A stretch of 64,000 nucleotides of DNA. It comes from an uncultured delta proteobacterium (GTDB lineage Bacteria > Myxococcota > Myxococcia > Myxococcales > Myxococcaceae). Positions 10,689 to 23,019 of the stretch are shown one piece after another (the first letter of the stretch is position 1; each line of letters begins with the position of its first letter). The notes below the pieces were generated by a model. That model was not told where the DNA came from and ran no database searches. It worked only from the letters and a program-made list of their open reading frames with translations. Position numbers and translations under genes: made by a program. The stretch is taken from positions 416,001-480,000 of the forward strand of contig CAVYSY010000033.1 in assembly GCA_963771175.1 (NCBI GenBank). The letters run 5' to 3'.

Positions 10689-10852
10689 GGCCGGGATGCT
10701 ACCAGCCCGAGTTGGATTCAACGCGAGGGGTCGGCGATGATGGGCGCTCCCGCCTCAGCCAAGAGCCTCCGTTGTCCGCCCTCCCCGCTCCCGCCCAGAC
10801 GACCCCCACGCCCGACCCGATCGGGCTCCACCCCGTCCCCGCCCCCTCCGAG

Positions 10853-11833
10853 ATGCCCGAGGCCCTGAGCGGGGCCCGACGGGCCCTGGTGCTCTTCGTC
10901 GTTCAAGGCGTGCCGTTGCTCGGCTTCGGCGCCGGGGTGTGGCTCTTTCTGCGCGAGGGCCTGCGCGCGTTGGATGCCGGCCTGCTGGTGGGGATGTACC
11001 TGCTCACCATGACGGGCGTGGAGGTGGGCCTGCACCGCTACTTCGCGCACCGTACCTTCGAGACGACGCGCCCCCTGCGCGCCCTCCTCCTCATCCTCGG
11101 CTCGATGGCGGGACAGGGCTCCGCCCTTCTGTGGAGCGCCATCCACCGCGTGCACCACGCCCACACCGACCAGCCAGGAGACCCGCACTCGCCGGTGCTC
11201 GGCCGCAACGGCGCGTGGGACAAGTTCCGCGGGTGGTTCTGGGCCCAGTTCCTCTGGTACCTCGACGTGCCGGCCATCCCGCGCTTCGGCCGCCTCCTGG
11301 ACCGACACCTCGATTCACCAGCGGACCTCCTGTCCTCGAAGGAGGAGGAGCAGGCGCACCGCTTCGCGCGCACCCTCCCCGATCTCCTGCGGGATGAGCC
11401 GCTCGTGCGCCTCAACCAGCGCTATGGCACCTGGGTGCTGCTCGGCTTCGCGCTGCCGACCCTGGTGGGCGGCCTCGCCACGCTGTCGTGGGAGGGCGCG
11501 CTGCGCGGGCTCGTGTGGGGCGGCTTCGTCCGCTACTACCTCGTCCAGCAGATCACCTTCGCCATCAACTCGGTGGGGCACACCATCGGCGTGCGCTCCC
11601 TGAGCAGCCGGGATTACAGCCGCAACAACGTGGTGATGGCGGTGCTGACGCTCGGCGCTGGCTGGCACAACAACCACCATGCCTTCCCCGGCTCGGCTCG
11701 CATCGACTTCCGCTGGTGGCAGGTGGACCCGGCCGGCCTCCTCATCCGACTGCTGGCGCGGCTCGGGCTCGCCTGGGATGTCCGCCAACCCTCTCCCGAG
11801 GCCCTCTCGGCGCGAGTCTCGTCCCCCATGTGA
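10853..11833 (+). CDS. Acyl-CoA (delta-9-type) fatty acid desaturase
   Basis: His boxes HRYFAH, HRVHH, HNNHH; INSVGH. Start uncertain (frame is open from 10712). Confidence 0.9.
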   Translation: MPEALSGARRALVLFVVQGVPLLGFGAGVWLFLREGLRALDAGLLVGMYLLTMTGVEVGLHRYFAHRTFETTRPLRALLLILGSMAGQGSALLWSAIHRVHHAHTDQPGDPHSPVLGRNGAWDKFRGWFWAQFLWYLDVPAIPRFGRLLDRHLDSPADLLSSKEEEQAHRFARTLPDLLRDEPLVRLNQRYGTWVLLGFALPTLVGGLATLSWEGALRGLVWGGFVRYYLVQQITFAINSVGHTIGVRSLSSRDYSRNNVVMAVLTLGAGWHNNHHAFPGSARIDFRWWQVDPAGLLIRLLARLGLAWDVRQPSPEALSARVSSPM

Positions 11834-12140
11834 CACGGCCTTCCGTGAGCAGGACTCCAACGCTCACAGCTCGCGTCCGCCTGCTCGCTCTGCGCCCTGG
11901 CTCGGGCACCTACGTTGAGCACAAAACAATTTTCACGGATGCTCGGGGCCCATCTGGCAACGGCTGAAGCGCGTTGTCATTGAGCAGGAGTTCACGAGTC
12001 CCACGAAAGCCTGACCTCTCCGCGCGCCGGGGCGATGAGCCCTGATTGGCGCAACGACGGCTGGGTCATGGCATGGCCCGCAGCCTCCAGGACGTGCTCT
12101 AGCCCGCTGGACGTCCTTCACGGGACGTCCCCGCGATAGG

Positions 12141-12698
12141 ATGTCCCGCATGCGAAACCCGGGTCGGCCCCTGGAAACCCTGAGGAATGCCTGGACGCGG
12201 GCGCGCTCCCGTTGGTGGGTGCGCCATGCCCTGGACCTGGCCCTGGTGGCGCTCGTCTTCGTGGCGGTGACGGCCTGGCAGACGCGTCACCTCCCGAAGG
12301 GAGCGCCCGCTCCGGACTTCACCTTGCGCACCCTCTCCGGGGAGCAGGTGCGGCTGTCCGAGCTGCGGGGCAAGCCCGTGGTGCTCGCCTTCTGGGCCCC
12401 CTGGTGCGGGGTGTGCAAGGTCGAGTCCTCCACCCTCTCGGCGCTCCGGCGCACGGTGGGCGGGTCGGCGCACGTGCTCTCCGTGGCGGTGGCCTATGAG
12501 GACGAGGCGGACGTGCGCCGCTTCGCCCAGGAGCACGAGGTGGATTACCCCGTGCTCCTGGGGGGCTCGGGAACCATGGAAGCCTTCAACGTCGAGCAGT
12601 TCCCCACCACGTTCTTCATCTCCCCGGAGGGCCGCATCGAGCGGGCCTCCGTCGGCTACACCACCCGCCTCGGGCTGCTCTGGCGCATGTGGCTGTAG
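12141..12698 (+). CDS. TlpA/ResA-like thioredoxin-fold redoxin with N-terminal TM helix
   Basis: APDFTL, FWAPWCGVC (CxxC), FPTT cis-Pro motif. Confidence 0.9.
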   Translation: MSRMRNPGRPLETLRNAWTRARSRWWVRHALDLALVALVFVAVTAWQTRHLPKGAPAPDFTLRTLSGEQVRLSELRGKPVVLAFWAPWCGVCKVESSTLSALRRTVGGSAHVLSVAVAYEDEADVRRFAQEHEVDYPVLLGGSGTMEAFNVEQFPTTFFISPEGRIERASVGYTTRLGLLWRMWL

Positions 12699-12719
12699 AG
12701 GAACACGACGCGACGGGCC

Positions 12720-13013
12720 TCAGAGCAGACGGTCCGCGACGTACCAGAGCAGGGCGGCCCCGAGGCTGAAGGGGACGACGAGGTTGCCCGTCTCCGCCGC
12801 CGCGGACGCCACCACCGCATCACCCGAGGGAATCAGCAGGGCGGCGAGCGCCACCCCCCAGGTGACAGCGAGGGAGAGCGCACGCAACCCGGGCCGCTCT
12901 CGCGGAGGGAGGCGCCGCTGGAGCCGCGCCTGGAAGTCGTCGTCGGAGAGCTCGGACGGGAGCCGCCGCTGGAGCAGCGTGTCGAGCCAGACCTCATCAT
13001 CGCGGCCGTTCAT
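12720..13013 (-). CDS. Small two-TM protein, probable anti-sigma factor
   Basis: Overlaps the ECF sigma stop codon (ATGA); DDDF..R..RRLP followed by two hydrophobic segments. Confidence 0.6.
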   Translation of the reverse strand: MNGRDDEVWLDTLLQRRLPSELSDDDFQARLQRRLPPRERPGLRALSLAVTWGVALAALLIPSGDAVVASAAAETGNLVVPFSLGAALLWYVADRLL

Positions 13014-13558
13014 GGGACCTCCTCGAGCTGTCGGCGCAGCTTCTCCTTCGCGCGCGCGACGTGGGTCTTGAGCGTCCCCAGGGGGCAGTCGAGGATGACC
13101 GCCGCCTCCTCGTGGGTCAGCTCGTTGGCGTAGGTGAGGACGAGCGCGGCCCGCTCGCGTGGCTTCAGGGCGGCCAGGGCCCGCTCCAGGTCGTACCGCT
13201 CCAAGAGCGCGTCCGGCAGGTCCACCTCGGAGACACCGACCTCCAGCGCGGGCGGCTCCGGCGGGGCGAGGCGGCTGCCCCGATCGTGGCTGAAGAAGGC
13301 GTTGCAGGCGATCCGGTAGAGCCAGGAGGAGAACTTCGCTCCGCCCCGATAGCCGCGCAATCCCCGGTAGGCACGGAGGAAGGTCTCCTGCGCCAGGTCA
13401 TCCGCCTGCGCCACATCTCCCCCGGTCAGCCGGCGCAGCAGGCCGCGCACGGCGGACTGGTGCCGTGCCACCAGCTCGCCGAACGCGCGCCGGTCGTCCC
13501 GCACGAGCACCCGGGTGATGAGCTCGGCGTCCGAGGGAGCTTCAGGAGGGGAGGACAT
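13010..13558 (-). CDS. ECF-type RNA polymerase sigma factor
   Basis: ADDLAQETFLRAY, FSSWLYRIA, region 4 EEAAVILDCPLGTLKTHVARA. Confidence 0.95.
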   Translation of the reverse strand: MSSPPEAPSDAELITRVLVRDDRRAFGELVARHQSAVRGLLRRLTGGDVAQADDLAQETFLRAYRGLRGYRGGAKFSSWLYRIACNAFFSHDRGSRLAPPEPPALEVGVSEVDLPDALLERYDLERALAALKPRERAALVLTYANELTHEEAAVILDCPLGTLKTHVARAKEKLRRQLEEVP

Positions 13559-13570
13559 GGGACGGAAGGG

Positions 13571-14278
13571 TTACGGCTGGGGCTCCGAGGCGAGCGCGGA
13601 CGACCACGAGCCCTTCCCTCCCTGCAGGCGCCAGACGAGCAGGTGCCCCACGCCGATGAGGAGGAGCGTCACCCCCGCCCCCCAGGTCCCAGGTGCGTCG
13701 GGAAGCACCGCCAGGAAGATCGCCAGCCCCAGCCCCGCCGTGGACAGGATGATGCCCCGCCGCAGGTCGGACGGCTTGCGCGGCGCCGGCGCGAGCAGCC
13801 CGGTGGGGATCTCCGCCCCCTTCTCCACCATCAGGCGCACCGTCTCGTGGATCTGACGCTGCCTGCGGTAGCTCGCGAACAACCAGGCCAGGAAGCCCGT
13901 CAGCAGACTACTGAAGAGAGCCACCGAGATGACGATGGGAGAGGGATCGAACCGGACATCGTCGGCCCTCAGCCGCTCGCGCTCCTGGAGCAGCGTGAAG
14001 AGCTGGTCGGGGTTGAGCCGCCCTTCCGGATCGAGCAGCCGAGCCTCGGACTCCAACTGCTGGATGTCCGCCTCCAGCTCACGCTGCTGGGCCGCGAGGG
14101 CCTCCCGGTGCGCCTCCAGCCTCTGGCGCTGTGCGTCGAGCGACCGGGGCAGCGGCACCTCGGGGGGTGTAGGCGGGGGGGATGGGGCAACGGGGGCCTC
14201 GGAGGGAGGCGGGGACTCGGCACGAGCCCCCATGGCGAGGGTGCCCAGGAGGCACGCGGCAACGAACTGGACCTTCAT
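13571..14278 (-). CDS. Membrane protein with coiled coil (DUF6249-like)
   Basis: Signal peptide, Pro-rich linker, coiled coil, TM, HETVRLMVEKG.EIP, SDLRRGII, two more TMs; co-oriented with the ECF sigma. Confidence 0.65.
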   Translation of the reverse strand: MKVQFVAACLLGTLAMGARAESPPPSEAPVAPSPPPTPPEVPLPRSLDAQRQRLEAHREALAAQQRELEADIQQLESEARLLDPEGRLNPDQLFTLLQERERLRADDVRFDPSPIVISVALFSSLLTGFLAWLFASYRRQRQIHETVRLMVEKGAEIPTGLLAPAPRKPSDLRRGIILSTAGLGLAIFLAVLPDAPGTWGAGVTLLLIGVGHLLVWRLQGGKGSWSSALASEPQP

Positions 14279-14388
14279 GAAGGACTCCTTCCAGCGGTTT
14301 TCGCGCGTTGAGACTCCCGGACCCGGCATTCTGGATTCACCCCCGATTTTTTTCTCCAAAGGCCGGGTCCACGCCGCGTGAGCCGGGG

Positions 14389-15759
14389 TCAGTCCTCCTG
14401 TCGCCTGACCTCCCCGCGTCGTCCCTGGAGGATCTCGAGGAACGAGCGGGTCCGCAGCTCGTCCAGCGTGAGGCCGGCGGCGCGAGCCTCTTCCTCGGTG
14501 AGGGCCCCGCAGGCGATGCCGCGCAGGAAGAAGTTGAGCAGCCCCTGGCCGGTGGCGGCGTCATCGAAGACATCACCCAGGCGTGTGGCCTGGGCGGCCT
14601 TGTCCATGAAGGCCCGCAACCGGCGCGAGGCCGCGTCCAGCCCCTCCAGGAAGAAGGAGTACACCGCGGCGTAGCGCACCGGAATCTGCGCCGGGTGCAG
14701 GTCCCACCCCTGGTAGAAGCCGTTCGTCAGCGCCTGGCGCACGTTGTCCGCGTGGAGGCGCCACGCGCGGTGGACGGCGGCGCGGTTCTCCTCCCGCTGA
14801 GCTGGAGTGAGGGCACCTCCCTTGGGAGCCTTGTGCGGCCCCACGGGCATGGCGGTGGTGGCGCCGTCGGAGAGGTGGACGTCCGTGCCCGCCAGGGACA
14901 CCTGCATCACCTGCCGGGCGAAGTCGCACGAGGGATGGAGCAGGTGCTGGCAGGACGCGGTGATGTCGCACGAGGCGGTGTAGTCGTACGCGCCGAAGTG
15001 CGCTCCGGTGCAGCGGCCGTTGGCAGCGGCCACCAGTTGGGGCAGGGCCAACGTCCCCTTCAGGTCGAAGAGGGACTGCGGCGTCTCCACCATCAGCTCC
15101 ACCTTCACCTCGCCCCGCTTCAGACCCAGGCCGGTCTCCAACTGGCCCAGCACGGAGTCGAGCGCGGCCACCTGCTCGCGCAGCGTCACCTTGGGCAGGG
15201 TGACCACGAAGTGGGGCGGCAGGCGCCCGCCCGTCTTCTCCACCAACGCGGAGAGAAAGAGGTCCAGGGTGCGGACGGCTCGGGAGAAGAGCTCCTCGCT
15301 GAAGGACTTGGTGCGGATGCCGACGAAGGGGGGAAGCGAGCCGCGCTCCAGGCCCCGAGCCATCTCCTCCGCCGCGGCCACCGCGTGCCCGTCCTCCTCC
15401 GCGTCCGGCCGGTGGCCGTAGCCGTCCTCGAAGTCGATGCGGTAGTCCTCCACCGCCTCGCGCCGCAGCTTGGCCCCCACGCGAGCGTGGACGCTCTCCG
15501 CCAGGGTGCCCTCCTCCGACAAGCCCAGCGCTCGGGCCAGGGTGCGCGCATCCGGCGCGTATTCCTCCAGGGAGCGAAGCGCTACCTCGGCCAGCTTCGA
15601 AGCCGTGTCGGCCTTGAAGAGGTGCGCCCCTCCATAGACGACATGGACGGGCTGCCGGCGGGAGGACGCCCCCGGGTAGAGACGGTTGAGGGCGGCATTC
15701 GCCTCCCGCAGGGAGGCTCGAGTGTCCGAGAGGCTCTGGGCGGTCAGGGTCGTCTTCAT
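14389..15759 (-). CDS. HpcH/HpaI aldolase/citrate-lyase-like protein (DUF6986-type)
   Basis: RQPVHVVYGGAHLF, DYRIDFEDGYG, ELMVETPQS, HFGAYDYTA, SDGAT, YQGWDLHPAQ. Confidence 0.8.
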   Translation of the reverse strand: MKTTLTAQSLSDTRASLREANAALNRLYPGASSRRQPVHVVYGGAHLFKADTASKLAEVALRSLEEYAPDARTLARALGLSEEGTLAESVHARVGAKLRREAVEDYRIDFEDGYGHRPDAEEDGHAVAAAEEMARGLERGSLPPFVGIRTKSFSEELFSRAVRTLDLFLSALVEKTGGRLPPHFVVTLPKVTLREQVAALDSVLGQLETGLGLKRGEVKVELMVETPQSLFDLKGTLALPQLVAAANGRCTGAHFGAYDYTASCDITASCQHLLHPSCDFARQVMQVSLAGTDVHLSDGATTAMPVGPHKAPKGGALTPAQREENRAAVHRAWRLHADNVRQALTNGFYQGWDLHPAQIPVRYAAVYSFFLEGLDAASRRLRAFMDKAAQATRLGDVFDDAATGQGLLNFFLRGIACGALTEEEARAAGLTLDELRTRSFLEILQGRRGEVRRQED

Positions 15760-15873
15760 GGGGCTTCGGGAGACTCGCACCGGCCCGCGCCGCATTCCAA
15801 CGCAACTTGTTCGGGAGAGCCCCGATAATCCATGCTGCTCCCGACCCCCCCGGGTCAATTCGAGAGACACTCC

Positions 15874-16578
15874 ATGGACCCGATTGGCCGTCGCCCCGTT
15901 GCCGTCAAGCTGCCCCCCCAGCCCTCCCGGGCCCAGGCCACTCCGGCCGCGGTCACGACGAACACCGCCCAGGCGGTGGGTCACACGCTCAAGAGCGGCT
16001 TCGAGACACCGGGAGTGAAGGCCGCCCAGGCCCCCCAGGCCGCTCAAGGCACCTGGCGGGGCTCGGCGGACTCGGAGGTGGGCAAGGCGATCAACGTCAT
16101 GCTGGAGCGCCTCAAGCAGTGTGACGTCAAGATCAAGGGTGACACGCCGGAGAGCCTCTTCCGCCGGGCCATCCTGGACAACAAGCACGTCACCAACGAG
16201 CAGCTCCTGGCCATGACCCAGGTGAAGCTGGAGCAGCTCGACTCCGGCCCGGAGACGCGGCAGCAGGTGCTGAAGAAGATCCCCAACGCCCGGGAGCTGC
16301 CGGTCCACAAGTTCACCGTGGCCCTGATGTCGGCGGCGACGGGCATCGACGCCCAGAAGCTGTCCGAGGCCTGCCCGGACCTGGGGATGACCGGCGCGCC
16401 GGGCACCCCGCTGCTCTACGCGGCGAAGACCGAGCGCATGCAGCGCTCCACGGCCCTGCACGACTTCACCGACTACCTACGGGGTGCCGGCATCAAGGGG
16501 CTCAACAAGGCGGTCTGGGGCGTGGAAAACCGGATTCTCTCGGCGGCCGTCAGTGCGTTGGGCGGCGGCCGCTACTAG
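15874..16578 (+). CDS. Hypothetical protein
   Basis: Clean ORF with strong GC3 bias; low-complexity N-terminus; no motif recognised. Confidence 0.7.
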   Translation: MDPIGRRPVAVKLPPQPSRAQATPAAVTTNTAQAVGHTLKSGFETPGVKAAQAPQAAQGTWRGSADSEVGKAINVMLERLKQCDVKIKGDTPESLFRRAILDNKHVTNEQLLAMTQVKLEQLDSGPETRQQVLKKIPNARELPVHKFTVALMSAATGIDAQKLSEACPDLGMTGAPGTPLLYAAKTERMQRSTALHDFTDYLRGAGIKGLNKAVWGVENRILSAAVSALGGGRY

Positions 16579-16598
16579 CGGTTAACTTCAAGCCGCCC

Positions 16599-17444
16599 AT
16601 GGACGAACCCAACGGTCGGCTCATACAGACCCTCATCGAGGCCCGCCAGCACCACTGCTTCCCGCCGGACGTACGCGCCGCGGCGCCGGAGCTCATCCAG
16701 AAGGTGCTGGCCCTCCTCTTCCCCCATTTCTCCGAGCGGATGGACTGTAGCGCCGTCGGTGTCCGCTCCGAGGTGGCGGTGGTGGAGGCGGTGCTGACCC
16801 GAGCGCTGGTGACGCTCGGGTCGCGCTACCCCGGCCTGTCGCCGGAGCTGCCCCGCCGCTTCATGGATCAGCTCCCGGATCTCTACGACTGGCTGCGCCA
16901 GGACGCCGACGCCATCTTCGAGGCGGATCCGGCGGCGCGCAGCGTGGACGAGGTCATCCTCACCTACCCGGGCTTCTACGCCATCGCCATCTACCGGATG
17001 GCCCATGCCCTGCACGAGCTGGGCTTCCCCTTGCTTCCCCGGCTCCTCACCGAGCTGGCGCACCAGCGCACGGGCGTCGATATCCACCCCGGGGCGACCA
17101 TCGGGCGGCGCTTCGTCATCGACCACGGTACGGGCGTGGTGATTGGCGAGACCACCGTCATTGGCAACGGGGTGAAAATCTACCAGGGCGTCACCCTGGG
17201 CGCCCTGCAGGTGCAGAAGGATCTCGCGGACAAGAAACGCCACCCGACCATCGAGGACGACGTGGTGGTGTACGCCAACGCCACCATCCTCGGGGGCACC
17301 ACGGTCGTGGGCCGCGGCAGCATCATCGCGGGCAACGCCTTCATCACCCACAACATCCCACCCGAGTCCATGGTCACCCGCCGCAGCGAGGTCCGTCCGC
17401 GACATGGGGGTGAGGAATTCGACGAACTCGAGTATCACATCTGA
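16599..17444 (+). CDS. cysE: Serine O-acetyltransferase (CysE/EpsC type)
   Basis: [43 protein letters not shown]; lies next to cysK. Confidence 0.93.
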   Translation: MDEPNGRLIQTLIEARQHHCFPPDVRAAAPELIQKVLALLFPHFSERMDCSAVGVRSEVAVVEAVLTRALVTLGSRYPGLSPELPRRFMDQLPDLYDWLRQDADAIFEADPAARSVDEVILTYPGFYAIAIYRMAHALHELGFPLLPRLLTELAHQRTGVDIHPGATIGRRFVIDHGTGVVIGETTVIGNGVKIYQGVTLGALQVQKDLADKKRHPTIEDDVVVYANATILGGTTVVGRGSIIAGNAFITHNIPPESMVTRRSEVRPRHGGEEFDELEYHI

Positions 17445-17499
17445 TATAACAGATATCCATCTGTCCTGGCAGACAGTTCCCCTACGAGGCCCGATACCC

Positions 17500-18420
17500 A
17501 TGAAGGTGAACAACATCCTGGAGACGATCGGCAACACGCCGCACGTCCGTATCAACCGGCTCTTCCCCTCGCGCGTCGAGGTGTACATGAAGCTCGAGCG
17601 GGCCAACCCGGGCGGGAGCATCAAGGACCGCATCGGGCTGGCGATGATCGAGGATGCCGAGAAGCGGGGCGTGCTGAAGAAGGACAGCGTCATCATCGAG
17701 CCCACGTCGGGCAACACGGGCATCGGCCTGGCGATGGCGTCGGCGGTGAAGGGCTACAAGCTCATCCTGGTGATGCCCGAGTCGATGAGCATCGAGCGGC
17801 GCCGGCTGATGGCGGCGTACGGGGCGACCTTCGAGCTGACGCCGCGAGCGCAGGGCATGAAGGGCGCGATTGCCCGGGCGCAGGAGCTGGTGGCGCAGAA
17901 CCCGAACGCGTGGATGCCGCAGCAGTTCGAGAACGAGTCGAACATCGAGATCCACAAGCGCACGACGGCGCAGGAGATCCTCAAGGACTTCCCCGAGGGT
18001 CTGGACTACCTCATCACGGGCGTGGGCACGGGTGGCCACATCACGGCGTGCGCCGAGGTGCTGAAGCAGCACTGGCCGAAGCTGAAGGTGCTCGCGGTGG
18101 AGCCGGCGAAGTCGCCAGTCATCAGCGGCGGGCAGCCGGGGCCGCATCCGATCCAGGGCATCGGCGCGGGCTTCATCCCGAAGAACCTGCACAAGGACGC
18201 GCTGGACGGCACCATCCAGGTGACCGAGGAGGAGGCCTTCGACTTCACCCGTCGCTCGGCGCGTGAGGAGGGCATCTTCGTGGGCATCTCCTCGGGAGCG
18301 GCGCTGGCGGCGGTGGCCAAGAAGCTGCCGGAAGTCGCCGACAACAGCCGGGTGCTCTGCTTCTGCTACGACACGGGCGAGCGCTACCTGTCCATCGAGT
18401 CGCTCTTCCCGGCGCAGTAA
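17500..18420 (+). CDS. cysK: Cysteine synthase A
   Basis: [19 protein letters not shown] (PLP Lys), [32 protein letters not shown]. Confidence 0.96.
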   Translation: MKVNNILETIGNTPHVRINRLFPSRVEVYMKLERANPGGSIKDRIGLAMIEDAEKRGVLKKDSVIIEPTSGNTGIGLAMASAVKGYKLILVMPESMSIERRRLMAAYGATFELTPRAQGMKGAIARAQELVAQNPNAWMPQQFENESNIEIHKRTTAQEILKDFPEGLDYLITGVGTGGHITACAEVLKQHWPKLKVLAVEPAKSPVISGGQPGPHPIQGIGAGFIPKNLHKDALDGTIQVTEEEAFDFTRRSAREEGIFVGISSGAALAAVAKKLPEVADNSRVLCFCYDTGERYLSIESLFPAQ

Positions 18421-18444
18421 TCCCCTCACCCCAGGCGTCAACGA

Positions 18445-18482
18445 CCGTAAGCCCTTGGGGGGACTCCCTCCAGGGCTTACGG
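18445..18482. terminator. Long hairpin between convergent genes (probable bidirectional terminator)
   Basis: CCGTAAGCCCT (18445-18455) pairs with AGGGCTTACGG (18472-18482), with additional inner G/C pairing; sits just after the cysK stop. Confidence 0.6.
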
Positions 18483-18871
18483 CTCGGAATCGTCCTTCCA
18501 TTCATCCGTCTCCAATTCTTCTGGAAGCGGTCTATCGATCAATGTCAGCCTCCCTGGCAATTGAACGACCAGGAAACCCTTGCCAGCGATTTTGATGTGC
18601 TCGGTATGCTGGGCCTGTCCGCTGGCAAGCCACTTGTCCGCCTCCTCACGCGTCGCGAACTCATGAGAAACCTCGACCGTGAATGACGGGTTGGAAAGCC
18701 TTTTGTAATACCTGGCGAAGTCGTCCTCCTTCTTGCTGTCGCGGATATAGAGCAACGCAGCTCGAGCAAGTTTGAAGGCCTCCCTCTCTTTCGAGCCCTC
18801 CGCATGATTCTCGATAAAGGGCTCAGAACGAGCAGCATGTCTTCCAAGTCGAACTCTGGAGTATATGTCAT
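18477..18871 (-). CDS. Putative immunity protein (myxobacterial family), frameshift near 18820
   Basis: MTYTPEFDLEDML.. joins, with a +1 correction, FIENHAEGSKEREAFKLARAALLYIRD..HEFATREEADKWL. Directly downstream of the lipoprotein gene; A/T-richer than flanks. Confidence 0.6.
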
Positions 18872-18895
18872 ATCAATACCGAACCCGCTCCCTGC

Positions 18896-19406
18896 CTACA
18901 GAGGAGCCAAAACCAGTGCACCACCCAGTATGGCAATGACGTAAGGAGCGGCAACTACGCCCCCCACAATGACGACGGCTCCAAGCGCCACCTCGGTTTT
19001 GTGCTCCCTGAGCCAGTCGAGTGCAGCGTCCATGGTTGGGAAATGAAGCTCCTTCTTCTGGGACTCCTGCCGCTCCAGCTCCTCCTGTTCCTTGACGCAT
19101 CGCATGAACACTTTGAGACATTTCTCGCTGCAGTACTTGTAATGATCTCCCAGAGTGCTTCTCGATACTCGGAAGTTCGGGCTTCCGCCTCCAGCACTGT
19201 TTGAAACACTGTTTTTGTATTTCGTTGCAGTAGGCCTCGGCGCCCGCGCCACCCGTTCCGCTCTCGACGTTGGAGCCAACTCCGCTCGCGTCCTCGGAAA
19301 TGATGTAGACTTTTCGCTCTGGCTGCTGCGTGTGGGCGCAGCCGACACTGGCCGTTGTCACAGCCATTATCAGAGCCACCCATCTCGTCAACGCGACTGG
19401 GCTCAT
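18896..19406 (-). CDS. Cys-rich lipoprotein with C-terminal hydrophobic hairpin (putative toxin), frameshift near 19150
   Basis: Lipobox SVGC; YCNEIQKQCFKQCW...HYKYCSEKCLKVFMRC; ends EVALGAVVIVGGVVAAPYVIAILGGALVLAPL. Frames join by removing one G in a GGG run. Confidence 0.65.
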
Positions 19407-19474
19407 TGCTCTTATCCCCCTCGTGGTGCGCGGCCTCGCGGATTGCTCCGACTCCCAATCCCTCCCCCCCTGCC

Positions 19475-20620
19475 TCACTTCCCCGAGAACCCTCGCACCA
19501 TCTCGACGAGCCGGTCAATCTCCTCGGGCTGGTTGTAGAAGTGGGGCGAAATACGAATACGCCCACGGCGGAGCGAGAAGCTGACGTTGCGCTCGGAGAG
19601 ATACGAGGCGAGAGCCTTCACCTCGCCACTGGGCGGCAGGAAGGTGAGGATGCCGGCGCGGTGCTCGGGAGTGGGCCCGGTCTCGCACCCGATGGCACGC
19701 AGTTCCCGGTCCGCATGGGAGAGCAGCTCGCGGATGCGCGCCGCGACGTTCTCCATGCCCACCTCCAGCAGCAGCCCGAGGGCGGCGCCAAGGGCGTAGG
19801 TGCCGGCGTAGTTATGACTGCCCTCCTCGAACTTCGTGGCGTCCGGGCGCAGTTCGAAGTGGGAGCGGTTGAAGTTCCAGGCATCCGTGGTGGAGCGCCA
19901 GCCCACGAGCACGGGCCGCACACGCGGCAGCACGTTCCGGTCCACATAGAGGAAGCCGATACCGGAAACGCCCATCATCCACTTGTGGCTGTCGGCGCTG
20001 AGGAAGTGGACGCGGCTCTTCTTCACGTCCACGGGAATGCAGCCCACGCTCTGGATGCCATCCACGCAGAAGAGGACACCCGAGCGCTCACAGAGCGCGC
20101 CAATCGCATCCAGGTCCGTACGGTAGCCGGAGGCGAACTGGACGGAGCTGAGGGCGACGAGCCGGGTGCGCGGGGTGAGCGCGGCGGCGACGGCCTCCGG
20201 GGTGACACCACCATCGCGAGGCTCAATCTCCCGAACCACGACCCCCCGGTCACGCAGGTGCAACCAGGGGTAGACATTGGAGGGGTACTCGATGGACGAG
20301 GCGACCGCGACCTCGTCCCCGGGCTTCCAGTCGAGCCCCTCGGCCACGAGCCCGAGGCCGTGGCTGGTGTTGCGCACCAGGGCGATCTCCTCCGGGGCCG
20401 CGCCAATCATCTGGGCGGCGAGCCGGCGGGTGTTCTCGGTGCGCGCCTCCCAGCCACGCTCGTAACGGACGCCGTGCTGCACGAGGTCATCCATCCACTC
20501 GCGCACGGCGGTGGCGACGCGCAGACTCGTGGGCGCGACCCCGGCGTGGTTGAAGTAGAGCTGCTCCTTCACGACGGGGAATTCGGCGCGGTACTTGTCG
20601 AGGTCGAGGGGCGAGGTCAT
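19475..20620 (-). CDS. Aminotransferase class V / cysteine desulfurase-like PLP enzyme
   Basis: YFNHAGVAP, NTSHG, EYPSN, VDGIQSVG, DSHKW, RISPHFYN. Confidence 0.92.
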   Translation of the reverse strand: MTSPLDLDKYRAEFPVVKEQLYFNHAGVAPTSLRVATAVREWMDDLVQHGVRYERGWEARTENTRRLAAQMIGAAPEEIALVRNTSHGLGLVAEGLDWKPGDEVAVASSIEYPSNVYPWLHLRDRGVVVREIEPRDGGVTPEAVAAALTPRTRLVALSSVQFASGYRTDLDAIGALCERSGVLFCVDGIQSVGCIPVDVKKSRVHFLSADSHKWMMGVSGIGFLYVDRNVLPRVRPVLVGWRSTTDAWNFNRSHFELRPDATKFEEGSHNYAGTYALGAALGLLLEVGMENVAARIRELLSHADRELRAIGCETGPTPEHRAGILTFLPPSGEVKALASYLSERNVSFSLRRGRIRISPHFYNQPEEIDRLVEMVRGFSGK

Positions 20621-20719
20621 GGACGCGCGCATTATGCAAGAGCGCGCGTCCACCACCACGGCCTCAGAGGAGCGCCTCGCCGGCCCAGGTCCTCCCGAGG
20701 GAGGAGCCGTCGGACAACG

Positions 20720-22811
<2,092 letters not shown>

Positions 22812-23019
22812 AGGGTCCTCCGTGCGAGTCAACCGCTCACCCCCCGCGAACGGCCGGGGAGCGAGGAGGCTGGGACGGTGCCCGTTTCAACCGTGGCTGT
22901 CCACCGTTCATGCCCGAGCGCCCCACCAGCCATACCCGCGGTCAAAACCCCCCTCATCGAGGGGATGGGAACGGGGTGAGGGCCACTCGCTCCACGGGTT
23001 CAATCCGTGAAGCGGTGCG

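Noticed and set aside
11910..12000. Minus-strand fragment reading ELLLNDNALQPLPDG, resembling one leucine-rich repeat
   Set aside because: A single short match with no convincing start or continuation; chance cannot be excluded.
16599..20620. cysE-cysK plus class V aminotransferase as a novel sulfur pathway
   Set aside because: cysE-cysK is ordinary cysteine synthesis; the aminotransferase is on the opposite strand and separated by the inserted cassette.
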